Part shown: positions 14,561 through 24,717 of the stretch, in pieces
Numbering within the stretch: position 1 is the stretch's first letter
How the letters are laid out: every line of letters starts with the position of its first letter
Assembly (NCBI GenBank): GCA_038127595.1
Contig: JAYPIC010000003.1
Coordinates: forward strand, 27,064 to 55,928
DNA from: a bacterium
GTDB lineage: Bacteria > Fidelibacterota > Marinisomatia > Marinisomatales > UBA1611
Reading direction: 5' to 3'
Length of the DNA stretch: 28,865 bases
Made by a program: the position numbers and the translations under genes
The notes under the pieces: model-generated
Told to the model about the DNA's origin: nothing
The model's input: the letters and a program-made list of their open reading frames with translations, nothing else
Database searches by the model: none

Positions 14561-16991
14561 AAAAATATTGATTCTTTATTTTTTAATGATACAATCTTTG
14601 CTTTCTCAACATTATCAAAGTATTCATCAGCAGCAACTAGAGTATTACAACGCCAATTATGTAATGCCCGAAAGAACTGACACTAACATTGTAATAAATC
14701 CGATTTCTAACAGGACAAGAAACCCATCTAGAGAGGTATTTGGCTATCACCCATATTGGATGGGTACAGCATGGACGAGTTATAATTTTAATTTGATTTC
14801 TACTCTAGCTTACTTTAGCGCGGAAGTAACATCCACAGGCGGACTTAGCAATTTACATGGGTGGCCAGTTGCTAGTCTAATTAATGAAGCTCATGAGCAT
14901 GGAACAAAAGTTGTATTATGTGCAACCCTCTTTAATAGTAGCGATATCACAACGTTATTAAGCAGCGCTCAATACAGACAGAATTTAATCGATAATTTAC
15001 TGTCTCAAGTTCAAGCTGGTAACGCTGATGGTGTAAACATTGACTTCGAATCATTCCCAGCATCACAACGAAATAACATGGTTACTTTTATAACAGACCT
15101 CACAGAAGCTTTTCACACTGCAATCCCAGGATCTCAAGTTACATTAGCAATGCCTCCTGTTGATTGGAGCAATGCGTGGGATTATAATGCACTAGCATCA
15201 ATAAGCGATGGATTATTTATCATGGGTTATAATTACCATTACAGCGGAAGCTCCACTACAGGGCCAAACTCTCCCCTCTCAGGACCAGGTTACACGTTAA
15301 CTTGGACAGTCTTAGATTATTTAAACAAAACAAACTTTCAAGCTGAAAAACTCATTCTTGGCATTCCTTATTATGGATTTGAATGGCCCAGCGCTTCAAA
15401 TGCATCTGGCGCGACCACAAATGGAACAGGAAGTCCAAAATTTTATTCTGAGATTGAGGGACTTGCTCAGTCATACGGTAAATTATGGCACTCGACTTCA
15501 CAAACACCTTGGTACCATTATAACAACAATGGCTGGAACCAAGGATGGTACGATGATAGTTTATCTCTATCCTTAAAATATGATTTTGCATTATTTAATG
15601 ATCTCAAAGGCGTAGGTATATGGGCTCTTGGATATGATGATGGACGACCTGAGCTATGGGAATTATTACATGCTAAGTTTGGAGACACAGCACCACCAAC
15701 AAAGCCATCAAACTTGTATATGAAAAACATTGGCCAAGGTTCTATTAAAATAGATTTTACTGGATCTGAAAACGCATCTAATTTCATAGTTTTGCGAGGC
15801 TATCTAGATGTTGTTGGTGGCTTAGATACAGTTGGAATATTCTCTGAAAGGCCTATAATAATTGATAATCTTGTAGAAGGTGACTCTTACTTCCTTAGCG
15901 TAGTAGCAAGAAATTCACTTGGTAGCAGTGAACCGACAGAAATGCTTGGTGTTATACCATCAAGTGATGATGTTAAAGCATTAATTGTAAATGGATTTGA
16001 TCGAGTCAATGGAACGAATAACACCTTTGATTTTATTCGCCAGCATGGAAGCGCACTTCATACTCATGGTATCTCATTTGATGCTACTTCAAATGAGGCT
16101 GTAGTCAGCCAGCAGATTGACCTTTTAGATTATCAATTTATCGATTGGATCCTTGGAGAAGAAGGCACATCCACGAGCGTATTTTCATATAGTGAGCAAA
16201 ATAAAATTATTGAATATCTAGAATCAGGAAAATTTTTGTTTATCTCTGGCTCAGAAATAGGCTATGATCTTGAAGCACAAGGCAGTGATACAGACAAAGA
16301 TTTTTATCAAAACTATTTAAAAGCAGATTACATTTCAGATGCAGCTGGCGGGCATCAAGGAGTCTACAGCGGCTATGGCCTTTCAAATACAATGTTTGAT
16401 GGCATAAATAACATGACCTATGATAATGGAAGTCAAGGAACGTACAATGTAGATTGGCCCGATGGGATTAAACCTACAGGCGGAGCTTCGCTTTGCGCAG
16501 CTTTCACTAATACTGATTATAATACTGTAGGCGGTATGGGTATTGAATATGAAGGTGCTTTTGGTTTTAGCAATCAAACAGGAGGTATTGTTTACCTATC
16601 AGTAGGATTCGAGGCGATTTACCCTGAGGCTAAAAGAAATGATTTAATGCTTAGAATAATAAATAAATATGAGTCTCAGCTTAACACATTTGATGAAATA
16701 GATATTCACCCATCAGATTTAAAAATAAATAACATTTATCCAAACCCGTCAAATAATTCCATGACTATTTCATTTTCAGTTCTATCTCAACTTTCTCCAA
16801 TTGAAATAAGTATTAGAAACATACTTGGCCAACAAATGTATAAAACATATATTACGCCAAAATCTAGAAATATCAATTGGACTTGGCATGGCAATGATGA
16901 CCAAGGCTTTAACGCGCCGTCAGGAACATATTTCATTTCTTTATCTCAAAAAAATATTAGCCAGACTAAAAAAATTACATTACTTAAGTGA
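14553..16991 (+). CDS. Secreted GH18 glycoside hydrolase with FN3-like domain, unassigned alpha/beta domain and T9SS-type CTD
   Basis: Signal peptide; catalytic DGVNIDFE (DxxDxE); IMGYNY; KLILGIPYYG; GVGIWALGYDD; FN3-like segment after PPTKPSNL; CTD IYPNPSN...SGTYFI...KKITLLK. Confidence 0.88.
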   Translation: MYKKILILYFLMIQSLLSQHYQSIHQQQLEYYNANYVMPERTDTNIVINPISNRTRNPSREVFGYHPYWMGTAWTSYNFNLISTLAYFSAEVTSTGGLSNLHGWPVASLINEAHEHGTKVVLCATLFNSSDITTLLSSAQYRQNLIDNLLSQVQAGNADGVNIDFESFPASQRNNMVTFITDLTEAFHTAIPGSQVTLAMPPVDWSNAWDYNALASISDGLFIMGYNYHYSGSSTTGPNSPLSGPGYTLTWTVLDYLNKTNFQAEKLILGIPYYGFEWPSASNASGATTNGTGSPKFYSEIEGLAQSYGKLWHSTSQTPWYHYNNNGWNQGWYDDSLSLSLKYDFALFNDLKGVGIWALGYDDGRPELWELLHAKFGDTAPPTKPSNLYMKNIGQGSIKIDFTGSENASNFIVLRGYLDVVGGLDTVGIFSERPIIIDNLVEGDSYFLSVVARNSLGSSEPTEMLGVIPSSDDVKALIVNGFDRVNGTNNTFDFIRQHGSALHTHGISFDATSNEAVVSQQIDLLDYQFIDWILGEEGTSTSVFSYSEQNKIIEYLESGKFLFISGSEIGYDLEAQGSDTDKDFYQNYLKADYISDAAGGHQGVYSGYGLSNTMFDGINNMTYDNGSQGTYNVDWPDGIKPTGGASLCAAFTNTDYNTVGGMGIEYEGAFGFSNQTGGIVYLSVGFEAIYPEAKRNDLMLRIINKYESQLNTFDEIDIHPSDLKINNIYPNPSNNSMTISFSVLSQLSPIEISIRNILGQQMYKTYITPKSRNINWTWHGNDDQGFNAPSGTYFISLSQKNISQTKKITLLK

Positions 16992-18295
16992 TTCATTTAT
17001 CCAAAATATTACTATTTAGCTACATTACATTAGTTTTTATAAACTGCCAACAAACTAAAAATAAGAGTGAGAATAATCAAATACCCAACGCACAATATGA
17101 AAATTTAGCACCATCTTACATTAAAGGAATTCATGAAACACAGTCACTTTATTATAAAAATAAGTCAAAACCAATTATAGAGAAATTGAATGTACTAAAT
17201 GGCATTGATGTTTTACTTGAGAAAAAACTTCACTTCATTAAATCTAGAAAAATCGCACTTGTAACAAACCATAGCGGTGTAGATAAAAATTCAATCCCAA
17301 ACTACAAGAGATTGATGGAAGTCGAAGATGTTGAATTAAAGGTAATTTTTTCTCCAGAACATGGATTATTTGGAGAGTCGGAAGCTGGAGAAAAAATAAA
17401 TTACTCAGATATTGATGAGCTTCCGAGAGTAATTAGTTTATATGGTGGCACAAGAAAACCAAGCGCTGAAATGCTAGAAGATGTAAATCTTATCATTTAT
17501 GATATACAAGATATCGGCGCACGTTTTTATACATACATTTCTACATTAGGTATGGTCATGGAGGCAGCAGCTGAACTAGATATTCCAGTATTAGTTTTAG
17601 ACAGGCCTAATCCAATAAGAGCAGATATTATAGAGGGGCCTTTACTTGATATCAAACATCAGTCTTTCGTTGGATACTACCCTATTCCAACTAGATATGG
17701 TGGAACAGTAGGCGAGCTAGCAAATAAGATCATAGAAAATAAATGGATCTCACCCATTCCAGAACTTGAAGTAATTAAGATGGAAGGGTGGCAGTCAAAT
17801 GCCTGGTACGATCAAACTGACCTACCGTGGATTCCTCCTTCCCCAAACATACCAGATCTTAAAACTGCAATTATATACCCTGGAATGTGTTTATTTGAAG
17901 GTACAAATATCAGCGAAGGTAGAGGAACACCAAATCCATTTAAATGGATAGGTTCACCTTGGATTGATGGGAAGAAATTATCACAAACATTAAATAATTT
18001 TAAGTTACCCGGCGTTGTCTTTGTACCAAAGAGCTTTACCCCAATCCGAATACCAGGTAAATCAGAAAATCCAAAATTTAAAGATCAAAAATGTAATGGC
18101 ATCGAAGTTTGGATCACAGATCGCGATAAATACAGAAGCATTGATGTTGGAGTACTGACTTTGTATACGATTTATAATATGTATCCAGAAAAAATAAAAA
18201 TTCGAGAAAGCGGATTAAATAGATTATGGGGTAATAATACGCTATATGAAAAACTTACTCGCGGCGTCACGGCTCAAGATATATTAAAATATTAA
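16988..18295 (+). CDS. DUF1343 / NamZ-family exo-beta-N-acetylmuramidase, likely lipoprotein
   Basis: GIDVL, IALVTNHSG, FSPEHG, SLYG, YDIQDIGARFYTY, VLDRPNP, PPSPN, EGTNISEGRGT; lipobox-like FIN-C. Confidence 0.9.
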   Translation: MIHLSKILLFSYITLVFINCQQTKNKSENNQIPNAQYENLAPSYIKGIHETQSLYYKNKSKPIIEKLNVLNGIDVLLEKKLHFIKSRKIALVTNHSGVDKNSIPNYKRLMEVEDVELKVIFSPEHGLFGESEAGEKINYSDIDELPRVISLYGGTRKPSAEMLEDVNLIIYDIQDIGARFYTYISTLGMVMEAAAELDIPVLVLDRPNPIRADIIEGPLLDIKHQSFVGYYPIPTRYGGTVGELANKIIENKWISPIPELEVIKMEGWQSNAWYDQTDLPWIPPSPNIPDLKTAIIYPGMCLFEGTNISEGRGTPNPFKWIGSPWIDGKKLSQTLNNFKLPGVVFVPKSFTPIRIPGKSENPKFKDQKCNGIEVWITDRDKYRSIDVGVLTLYTIYNMYPEKIKIRESGLNRLWGNNTLYEKLTRGVTAQDILKY

Positions 18296-18299
18296 TTTT

Positions 18300-18974
18300 A
18301 TGGGTGATTCGTTAACAATAACATCTATTTTTTTATTAGGGTGCTTGCATGCTTTAGAGCCAGGGCATGGTAAAACTTTTCTTTTGGCATATACTGTTGG
18401 TGGAAAATTAGATTTTCAAAAAATAGCGCTTTTAACACTTAGCTTATTAGTTTCTCATTTTTTTGTTCTAAGTATAATCGCAATCATCTTCAATCTAATT
18501 CTAACCGAAATAGCCAATTCATTTATGCATGAATTTTCTCATTGGATAGCACCAATTATAATACTGAGTTTTGGTTCTTTTATTTTAGCCAGAGCAATTT
18601 ATAAAATCAAACATGTGCATTCAGATAATTGTGGCCACAACCATGGGGTTTTTGAAGATACAAAAATAGAAAACCCAATCACGGTAGGCATATTAACAGG
18701 AATGTTGCCATGCGCTTCTTCTATAGCTGTAGTCATGATGACTGGAATGAATCCATCAATAATATCTATAATTCGCTTCATATTGATTTATGTGTTAGGA
18801 ATAGCTCTAATATTATTTTTAATCGTTTTGACATTTAATTTCACAAAAAACATAGTTATGGAAAAATTTAATGATTTGAAAATTAATATTAATCAGGAGT
18901 TATTAAGTGGATGTCTGATACTAGGTGTTGGTTTTATTTACTTGGCATACAACCTGGTAGGACACTCGCATTAA
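18300..18974 (+). CDS. RcnA/NiCoT-like nickel-cobalt transporter
   Basis: LHALEPGHGKT signature, short His loop HVHSDNCGHNH, GMLPC, about 6 TM helices. Confidence 0.8.
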   Translation: MGDSLTITSIFLLGCLHALEPGHGKTFLLAYTVGGKLDFQKIALLTLSLLVSHFFVLSIIAIIFNLILTEIANSFMHEFSHWIAPIIILSFGSFILARAIYKIKHVHSDNCGHNHGVFEDTKIENPITVGILTGMLPCASSIAVVMMTGMNPSIISIIRFILIYVLGIALILFLIVLTFNFTKNIVMEKFNDLKININQELLSGCLILGVGFIYLAYNLVGHSH

Positions 18975-18989
18975 AAACACTAAATGACT

Positions 18990-20306
18990 TTATTTTTTTA
19001 ATAAAATCATTTTTATAGGCTCAATATCATCAGATGGAGAAGGTTTAGCAAAATAAACACCTGAACCTAATTTTTTACCATTTAAATCTTTTCCATCCCA
19101 AACAAATTCTAAACGTCCAGAAAAGGCATCTACTCTTTCAACCATATTTACTTTTCTACCTAAAATATCATAAATGTTCATTTTAAAATCCATCTTATCC
19201 TTCAATTCAAAACTAAATGTGACTGCATTAAAAAACGGGTTTGGATATGGATCTTTAAAAATTGATATTGGTGGTATTTCAAAGTAATCTTGGATGAAAC
19301 TAAATATCTCAGCTCGATATCTTGGAAGTTCAATCCATACATTATCTCCAGGGCATGATGTAGTCCCGAAGTAATCACGATGACCTAGTAATAATGATGG
19401 GTTTTGTCCATATGTATCTGAAATCCACGAAAACAGCCTTACTATAGCTTCTCTACTTTCAGGAGTTATTTCTTGCGTGCAAGAATATGATGTTTCAGGA
19501 GGGTGATAACATCCTAACAAACAAACTCCTATATTTCCTGTGTTTGCTCCGCCAACATGAGCACCGATGACTGTCTCAGGCCTCCCTTGATATATATTAC
19601 CGACCCTATCCACAAGAAAATGATAACCAATATCATTCCATCCTCTACCATTTTGATGAAAATCTTGAATCCAATATACTTGATTTTTACCTTCCTCTAA
19701 ATCATCAGCACTGCAACATGCAGCATGATGAAGTGTAAGCTTATCAAAATATGGGTGATAACTGTATGCTCCCTTTGAATCTTCAGCTCCCCACTCTTCT
19801 CTACTAATAATAGTTGGCTTTGGTATAGCTCCAGACACTATTTCCATTTTTTTTGCTAGACCAGGTAGCTCATCCTCAATTGGGAATATTATTATGGAGT
19901 TAATATCAATAGAACCGACAGCAACGACCTTGTAGGAGAATGAAAAAGGTAGGCTTTTTAAATCTTTTAAAAAAGTTGCAATAACACTGCCATCATTAGG
20001 TTGAGAAAATAAATTTCCATTTATTGTGATATCATTGTTTCCATCATTAACAATAAATAGTACACTTTCAATATTATCTCCAATGAATTCAATTGCAGCT
20101 CCTTCAATTGCTTGATCAATTAAAGGAGACTCCCCTTCTACAATTAAAAAATTTAGACTATCTCTTGAGCTAAATACTGGATTTCTGTCAACACTTAATC
20201 CAATATCATCAAGCTGAGCTGAAATTTTTTGAGGAATGATAAATGAAATTGATAAAAAGAAAAAAACTCTATGAACTATAGAGTAACGAAGAAAAAGATT
20301 ATACAA
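18990..20306 (-). CDS. N-acetylmuramoyl-L-alanine amidase (Amidase_2/PGRP-like) with C-terminal T9SS/FlgD-like domain
   Basis: IISREEWGA, LTLHHAA, GWNDIGYHF, GAHVGG, NIGVCLLG, GHRD..TSCPG (Zn ligands present); CTD PYPNPF...IYDILGR...WDGKD...SGVYF. Start codon uncertain. Confidence 0.88.
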   Translation of the reverse strand: MYNLFLRYSIVHRVFFFLSISFIIPQKISAQLDDIGLSVDRNPVFSSRDSLNFLIVEGESPLIDQAIEGAAIEFIGDNIESVLFIVNDGNNDITINGNLFSQPNDGSVIATFLKDLKSLPFSFSYKVVAVGSIDINSIIIFPIEDELPGLAKKMEIVSGAIPKPTIISREEWGAEDSKGAYSYHPYFDKLTLHHAACCSADDLEEGKNQVYWIQDFHQNGRGWNDIGYHFLVDRVGNIYQGRPETVIGAHVGGANTGNIGVCLLGCYHPPETSYSCTQEITPESREAIVRLFSWISDTYGQNPSLLLGHRDYFGTTSCPGDNVWIELPRYRAEIFSFIQDYFEIPPISIFKDPYPNPFFNAVTFSFELKDKMDFKMNIYDILGRKVNMVERVDAFSGRLEFVWDGKDLNGKKLGSGVYFAKPSPSDDIEPIKMILLKK

Positions 20307-20319
20307 TTAAAAAGTCAGT

Positions 20320-21357
20320 CTAGTAATTAAAACCGAGCGATACTCTTTGCACAATACCAAGAGGTCCAAAATCAGATGATGTATAATCAACACTTAAATT
20401 ATTATTTGAGTTCATGATTGGATATTTCACACCGACACCAAAGGACAGCCCCTCAATGGCATCCTTTTTACCTATGCCTGGGTATCCTGCTCTTATGGAA
20501 AACATATTGTTTACATTAGTTTCAATACCAATGTTGATATATTCATAATTATCATTGGGGTGAACGGCATCAAAAGCAAAAAGGACATCAAGTTTCTCTT
20601 GGTCAATGATATAACCGCCTAAACCGACTCTAAATAATAAAGGAAGTGGAAAAGCATCTGTTTCATATTGTGCGTTAACAAATTCAATATTGCCTTGATT
20701 GTTAGGATCGGGGTCCACGCTAATATTCATATCTCTACCTGCTAGTGATATATCATTTCCAAAATTAGCTATGCTAGCACCTAAGATTAAGTTCTTGATT
20801 GGCGTTTTATATTGTACTCCAATATCAACACCAATAGTTTGCCCTGAAGAATGCCATATACGCTGCCTAATATTTTTAATTGTTGCTCCAAGTGATAATT
20901 CATCTGTTAGTTTTTTACCAACACTTAATCCAATTGACATATCTTGAGAGTTAAACTTCTCTCCAGTCCCATTTGGATTTTCAATTGTTCTAACCAAGTC
21001 ATCAGGCGATGTAAGCATTGCAAGAGACAAAGAAAATACTCCAACCCTAGGCCACTCAAATCCGAAAGAACCAAAATTATAATCTGTTCCTGCAAGCCAA
21101 CCATTATTTTCAAAATATGCTTGAATTCCTTTAAGGTTTGCTAAACCGGCAGGATTCCAAAAACCACTAGATAGATCATTGACAATGGCTACATTTGCAC
21201 CGCCCATCGCAGATCCTCTAGCTCCAGCACTAATTTTTAAAAACTGAGCTGCGGTCGTACCTACTTTTGAAATATCTTGATCATTCTCCAACTGAGAAAA
21301 ACTAAAGGATATTCCGAATATTAATATTGCCGTAATTATTCTATAATTTTTCATCAT
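20320..21357 (-). CDS. PorV/PorQ-family (UPF0164-like) outer-membrane beta-barrel
   Basis: KVGTTAAQFLKISAGARGSAMG, FWNPAGLA, LPLLFRVG, aromatic C-terminus SLGFNY. Confidence 0.85.
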   Translation of the reverse strand: MMKNYRIITAILIFGISFSFSQLENDQDISKVGTTAAQFLKISAGARGSAMGGANVAIVNDLSSGFWNPAGLANLKGIQAYFENNGWLAGTDYNFGSFGFEWPRVGVFSLSLAMLTSPDDLVRTIENPNGTGEKFNSQDMSIGLSVGKKLTDELSLGATIKNIRQRIWHSSGQTIGVDIGVQYKTPIKNLILGASIANFGNDISLAGRDMNISVDPDPNNQGNIEFVNAQYETDAFPLPLLFRVGLGGYIIDQEKLDVLFAFDAVHPNDNYEYINIGIETNVNNMFSIRAGYPGIGKKDAIEGLSFGVGVKYPIMNSNNNLSVDYTSSDFGPLGIVQRVSLGFNY

Positions 21358-24300
21358 TTAATTACCGCAAATCTTCCAGTTGATTCATTACCGTTATCGC
21401 TCTTCACATGGAAAATATACATTCCAAATGAAACAGGAAAGTTGTCCGATGTTGTTAGATCCCAATACTTAATACCATCTTCTATTGAACTATTATGTTT
21501 TAATGATCGTACCAACTCGCCAGACATAGTATATATGTCAATTGAGCAGTTAGATGGCAGATTAGCAAAATAGACCCTTCTTGGTCCTCTATCTAACGGA
21601 TTTTGAAGATCAAGAGGTTCAATATTGCTAGAAACTACATAAGGATTTGGCACAACATATATATCATCCATATTATCTTTTTCTACAATAATATCTTCTT
21701 TTGATGAAGAAGTAGAAAATGCGAAAATATCATCAACAAAGGCTCTTGTCGTAAATATAGAGAATACATCTCCCTCCATTGGTGCAATAGGTACATCAGT
21801 TGTATCAAATGTCAATTCCCATGAGAAAGAACTCATCGATGAGTCTTGAAGAATTATAATCCGCTCACCAGGGTTCCAGGTACTATCAAATGGGGCAGTT
21901 TCAATTACGATGAATGGTAATTGCCTAGGTTCAAAACCTCTTGTTGTTTCCCAAATTTCAAAATTTGCCTGAACATATTCATATCCAGGTCGGTAATTGT
22001 TACTAATTTTTTCATTAAACCAGCGCAATTCATAATCAGCTGGATATTTGTTATTACCAAGATTATTAAAAGGCTTTACGGTAGGGACCCAATTATTTGG
22101 ACTGTCTTGATTCCAGCCTATTTTTTCCTCATCTAGCTCTAACACCTCATTTTGAATACTTAACGTCATGCCATCAAAAATAGGATTGCCTTCCTCAAGT
22201 GCAAGTTTTTTACTGTTTTTAATTGGATAATAAATGAATGTAGCTACTATCTGTTCAGACTCATTTATTGAACCATCGTTGTGAATTAGAATTTGCCCAT
22301 CTGTATCTAATAAATCATAATCACTACCCTTAGTCAAAAGGATGCCATTAGAATTATGCAACTCAAAAGTAAGACTGTCAATATTTTGATGAGAAAGCTT
22401 ATGATAATTTCCTAACCTTGCTATCAATGTATCAGAAACTTCTTTCTCATCTAAAACGCTATAATTAAGCCCATCATCTTCACTAAAAATAATTTTATAG
22501 TCGTTTTGATCTTGGATAGCTGTGTGATCTATAATCTCTAAATTTATCAAGCCAGTACCATTACCTTGGATTTGATCTGGCAAACTATCCTTAAATGTTG
22601 AAGCAACGTAACCAGCTGTCATGGTCCTAGGCACTACAGCTACTGTATTTACATCCAAAAGAACTTCACCTGTCTCAGGATTTACAGTAATGGTTTTTGA
22701 ACATTCAACTGGAGCTACCATTAACTCAGCATCACCATGATCGTAAGAAACAACTGCATAATAATATTTTTGACCATTGATAACATTATTAGAGTCAACA
22801 AATACGTGACGAAGTCCAGTATTATCCCCCAAATTATAACTAATTCCTCTTCCTGAATACGGGATTGAACTCAATCCTGAATAGTCATTTACTAAATCAA
22901 ACTTTGCTGATGCACCGTCAACAGTCTTTAAAGGTTCAAATAAAAATTTAGACCCATTTGCATCTGTTATTGTTTGCTGATCTAAAAAAGAAGGATCAGT
23001 AGATCTATAAATGACATATCCCTCAAAATCATATGTTTCAGTTATTGGATCAAAACTAGTTTCTGCAACATCATCCCAATATAAAGTGACCTTTTGGTCA
23101 CCTGGAACTGCAGTAACGTTTGGTTTTTCTGGTGGTTTAGCAAATTGATAATTTTTTTCATAAATATCTTGTGCAGTAACAGCATTTAAAGTCAAGTCAT
23201 CATAATCTTGTCCCACGATCAACGCTATGCTAAACCTTCTGGATTCTTTTTTCGGTAAGTCAATTGGACCAGAACTATATATGAATATATAATCCCCAGC
23301 TTGAACTGAATTAGCTGAATCGAATACTCCAGGGGTTAAATAATTTTCAAAAATGAATTGATCATTTGAGATTCTATTTTGACTCGTAAAAGGAGGAGAG
23401 GCAAATCCAGTTAAACCGACCATATCAGATTCATCAAGATCAGTCCAATCTATGTTTGGTTCACCTGGCTTTCTCGGATCAAATGGATCTCCAGGTGTTG
23501 GCAAACCATCGTCCTCTCCCTCGTCTCCTGTATTAGGAACACCATCAATTCCAACATCATGTTTTTCTACATTCCAATCTCCATCCTCATCTATACCATT
23601 ATCTTGCCTTTCATCAATCATACCATCGTCGTCATTATCAATACCATCATATGGCTGACCAGGACTTTCTAAAAATTTATATCCAAAATATCCAGGCGCC
23701 CTACCAGACACATCAGAAATACCATCAGCATCCCAACAATAGACCATGTTCAGATTTTGATCAAAAAATGAAAGATCATCTTGCCAATTAGAAGGGCCAC
23801 CAACATGAGGATCGCCCCACATGCCAAAAGTAACATCATTAAGATCTTTATCACTCTTATTTGTGACTTTATAAATGAGAAAAATAATATCCTCAGCTAG
23901 AGGGTTTGCCCATTGATAATATCTAGATTCAATCTCAATACCTAAGCCTCTCTTTGAGGAATCAGCTTCGAACGGATAGTATTGGAATTCCTTATTTGTT
24001 CTATCATCAACTACAAAAAATGATTCCAAGTCAGAATTTGAAGCCCCTTGCCTAAGCGCACCAGGCCAAACGTAATCTTTTAAATTTGAATTATACCATC
24101 CAAATGGCCAACTATCGGGCTTTCCATCTCCATCTCTATCCAAGTCATTACTTGTCGGAATATTTTCACTTACTGGGTCACCATAAGGCACTGTAAAATC
24201 GTCATTCCATGCCAACGGTTCCCAACCATAAAATTCCAATCCGTCTGGAGAAACCTCTCCACCAAGTGAAGTAAGACCATCACTGATCATGTTAGCATAC

Positions 24301-24713
24301 CAGTTTGTATCACCGTCAACAATTTCATAAAAAGCATCTTGATGATGGCCTGATTCAAGGGGGACTTTTGCACAAATAAATGGCCCAAACTCATACCCAT
24401 ACCCTAACGTCTCCCAAACAATATCCGTTACTCTATTTCCAGGACTACTAATCGATCCATAGTTCCAAATTTCCGTAGTTATTTTATTCCCGTTTAATAT
24501 TGCTTTTTGGCGAGGCAAAATCTGCTCGTCCGCAGCTTCTGCTTTTCTGGATGCAGACAATCTGTCTCTCCATCTATAATATCTATCATGATCGCGTTTT
24601 GTCCAGCTTTTTTTAGGCCCTTCAATATACCACTCTACATCTTTCCCAAATGGCCATTGTGCTGATAAACTCGTAATAATAAAGATTGCTGATATAATTA
24701 TTCTTTTAAACAT
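21354..24713 (-). CDS. Large secreted hypothetical protein with Ca-binding-like Asp repeats, FN3-like region and VVPNPY-type CTD
   Basis: Signal peptide SLSA-Q; DRDGDGKPD, DGIDNDDDGMIDE; PGDQKVTLYWD...DFEGYVIYRS...NGQKYYYAVVSYD; C-terminus IYVVPNPY...IDIYTMSGELV...WDL...GMYIFHV...FAVIK. Confidence 0.75.
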   Translation of the reverse strand: MFKRIIISAIFIITSLSAQWPFGKDVEWYIEGPKKSWTKRDHDRYYRWRDRLSASRKAEAADEQILPRQKAILNGNKITTEIWNYGSISSPGNRVTDIVWETLGYGYEFGPFICAKVPLESGHHQDAFYEIVDGDTNWYANMISDGLTSLGGEVSPDGLEFYGWEPLAWNDDFTVPYGDPVSENIPTSNDLDRDGDGKPDSWPFGWYNSNLKDYVWPGALRQGASNSDLESFFVVDDRTNKEFQYYPFEADSSKRGLGIEIESRYYQWANPLAEDIIFLIYKVTNKSDKDLNDVTFGMWGDPHVGGPSNWQDDLSFFDQNLNMVYCWDADGISDVSGRAPGYFGYKFLESPGQPYDGIDNDDDGMIDERQDNGIDEDGDWNVEKHDVGIDGVPNTGDEGEDDGLPTPGDPFDPRKPGEPNIDWTDLDESDMVGLTGFASPPFTSQNRISNDQFIFENYLTPGVFDSANSVQAGDYIFIYSSGPIDLPKKESRRFSIALIVGQDYDDLTLNAVTAQDIYEKNYQFAKPPEKPNVTAVPGDQKVTLYWDDVAETSFDPITETYDFEGYVIYRSTDPSFLDQQTITDANGSKFLFEPLKTVDGASAKFDLVNDYSGLSSIPYSGRGISYNLGDNTGLRHVFVDSNNVINGQKYYYAVVSYDHGDAELMVAPVECSKTITVNPETGEVLLDVNTVAVVPRTMTAGYVASTFKDSLPDQIQGNGTGLINLEIIDHTAIQDQNDYKIIFSEDDGLNYSVLDEKEVSDTLIARLGNYHKLSHQNIDSLTFELHNSNGILLTKGSDYDLLDTDGQILIHNDGSINESEQIVATFIYYPIKNSKKLALEEGNPIFDGMTLSIQNEVLELDEEKIGWNQDSPNNWVPTVKPFNNLGNNKYPADYELRWFNEKISNNYRPGYEYVQANFEIWETTRGFEPRQLPFIVIETAPFDSTWNPGERIIILQDSSMSSFSWELTFDTTDVPIAPMEGDVFSIFTTRAFVDDIFAFSTSSSKEDIIVEKDNMDDIYVVPNPYVVSSNIEPLDLQNPLDRGPRRVYFANLPSNCSIDIYTMSGELVRSLKHNSSIEDGIKYWDLTTSDNFPVSFGMYIFHVKSDNGNESTGRFAVIK

Positions 24714-24717
24714 AATC

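Noticed and set aside
14371..18781. Short ORFs 14371..14553, 15352..15591, 15358..15576, 15518..15787, 16383..16577, 16825..17019, 18599..18781
   Set aside because: Nested in or antisense to well-supported CDSs.
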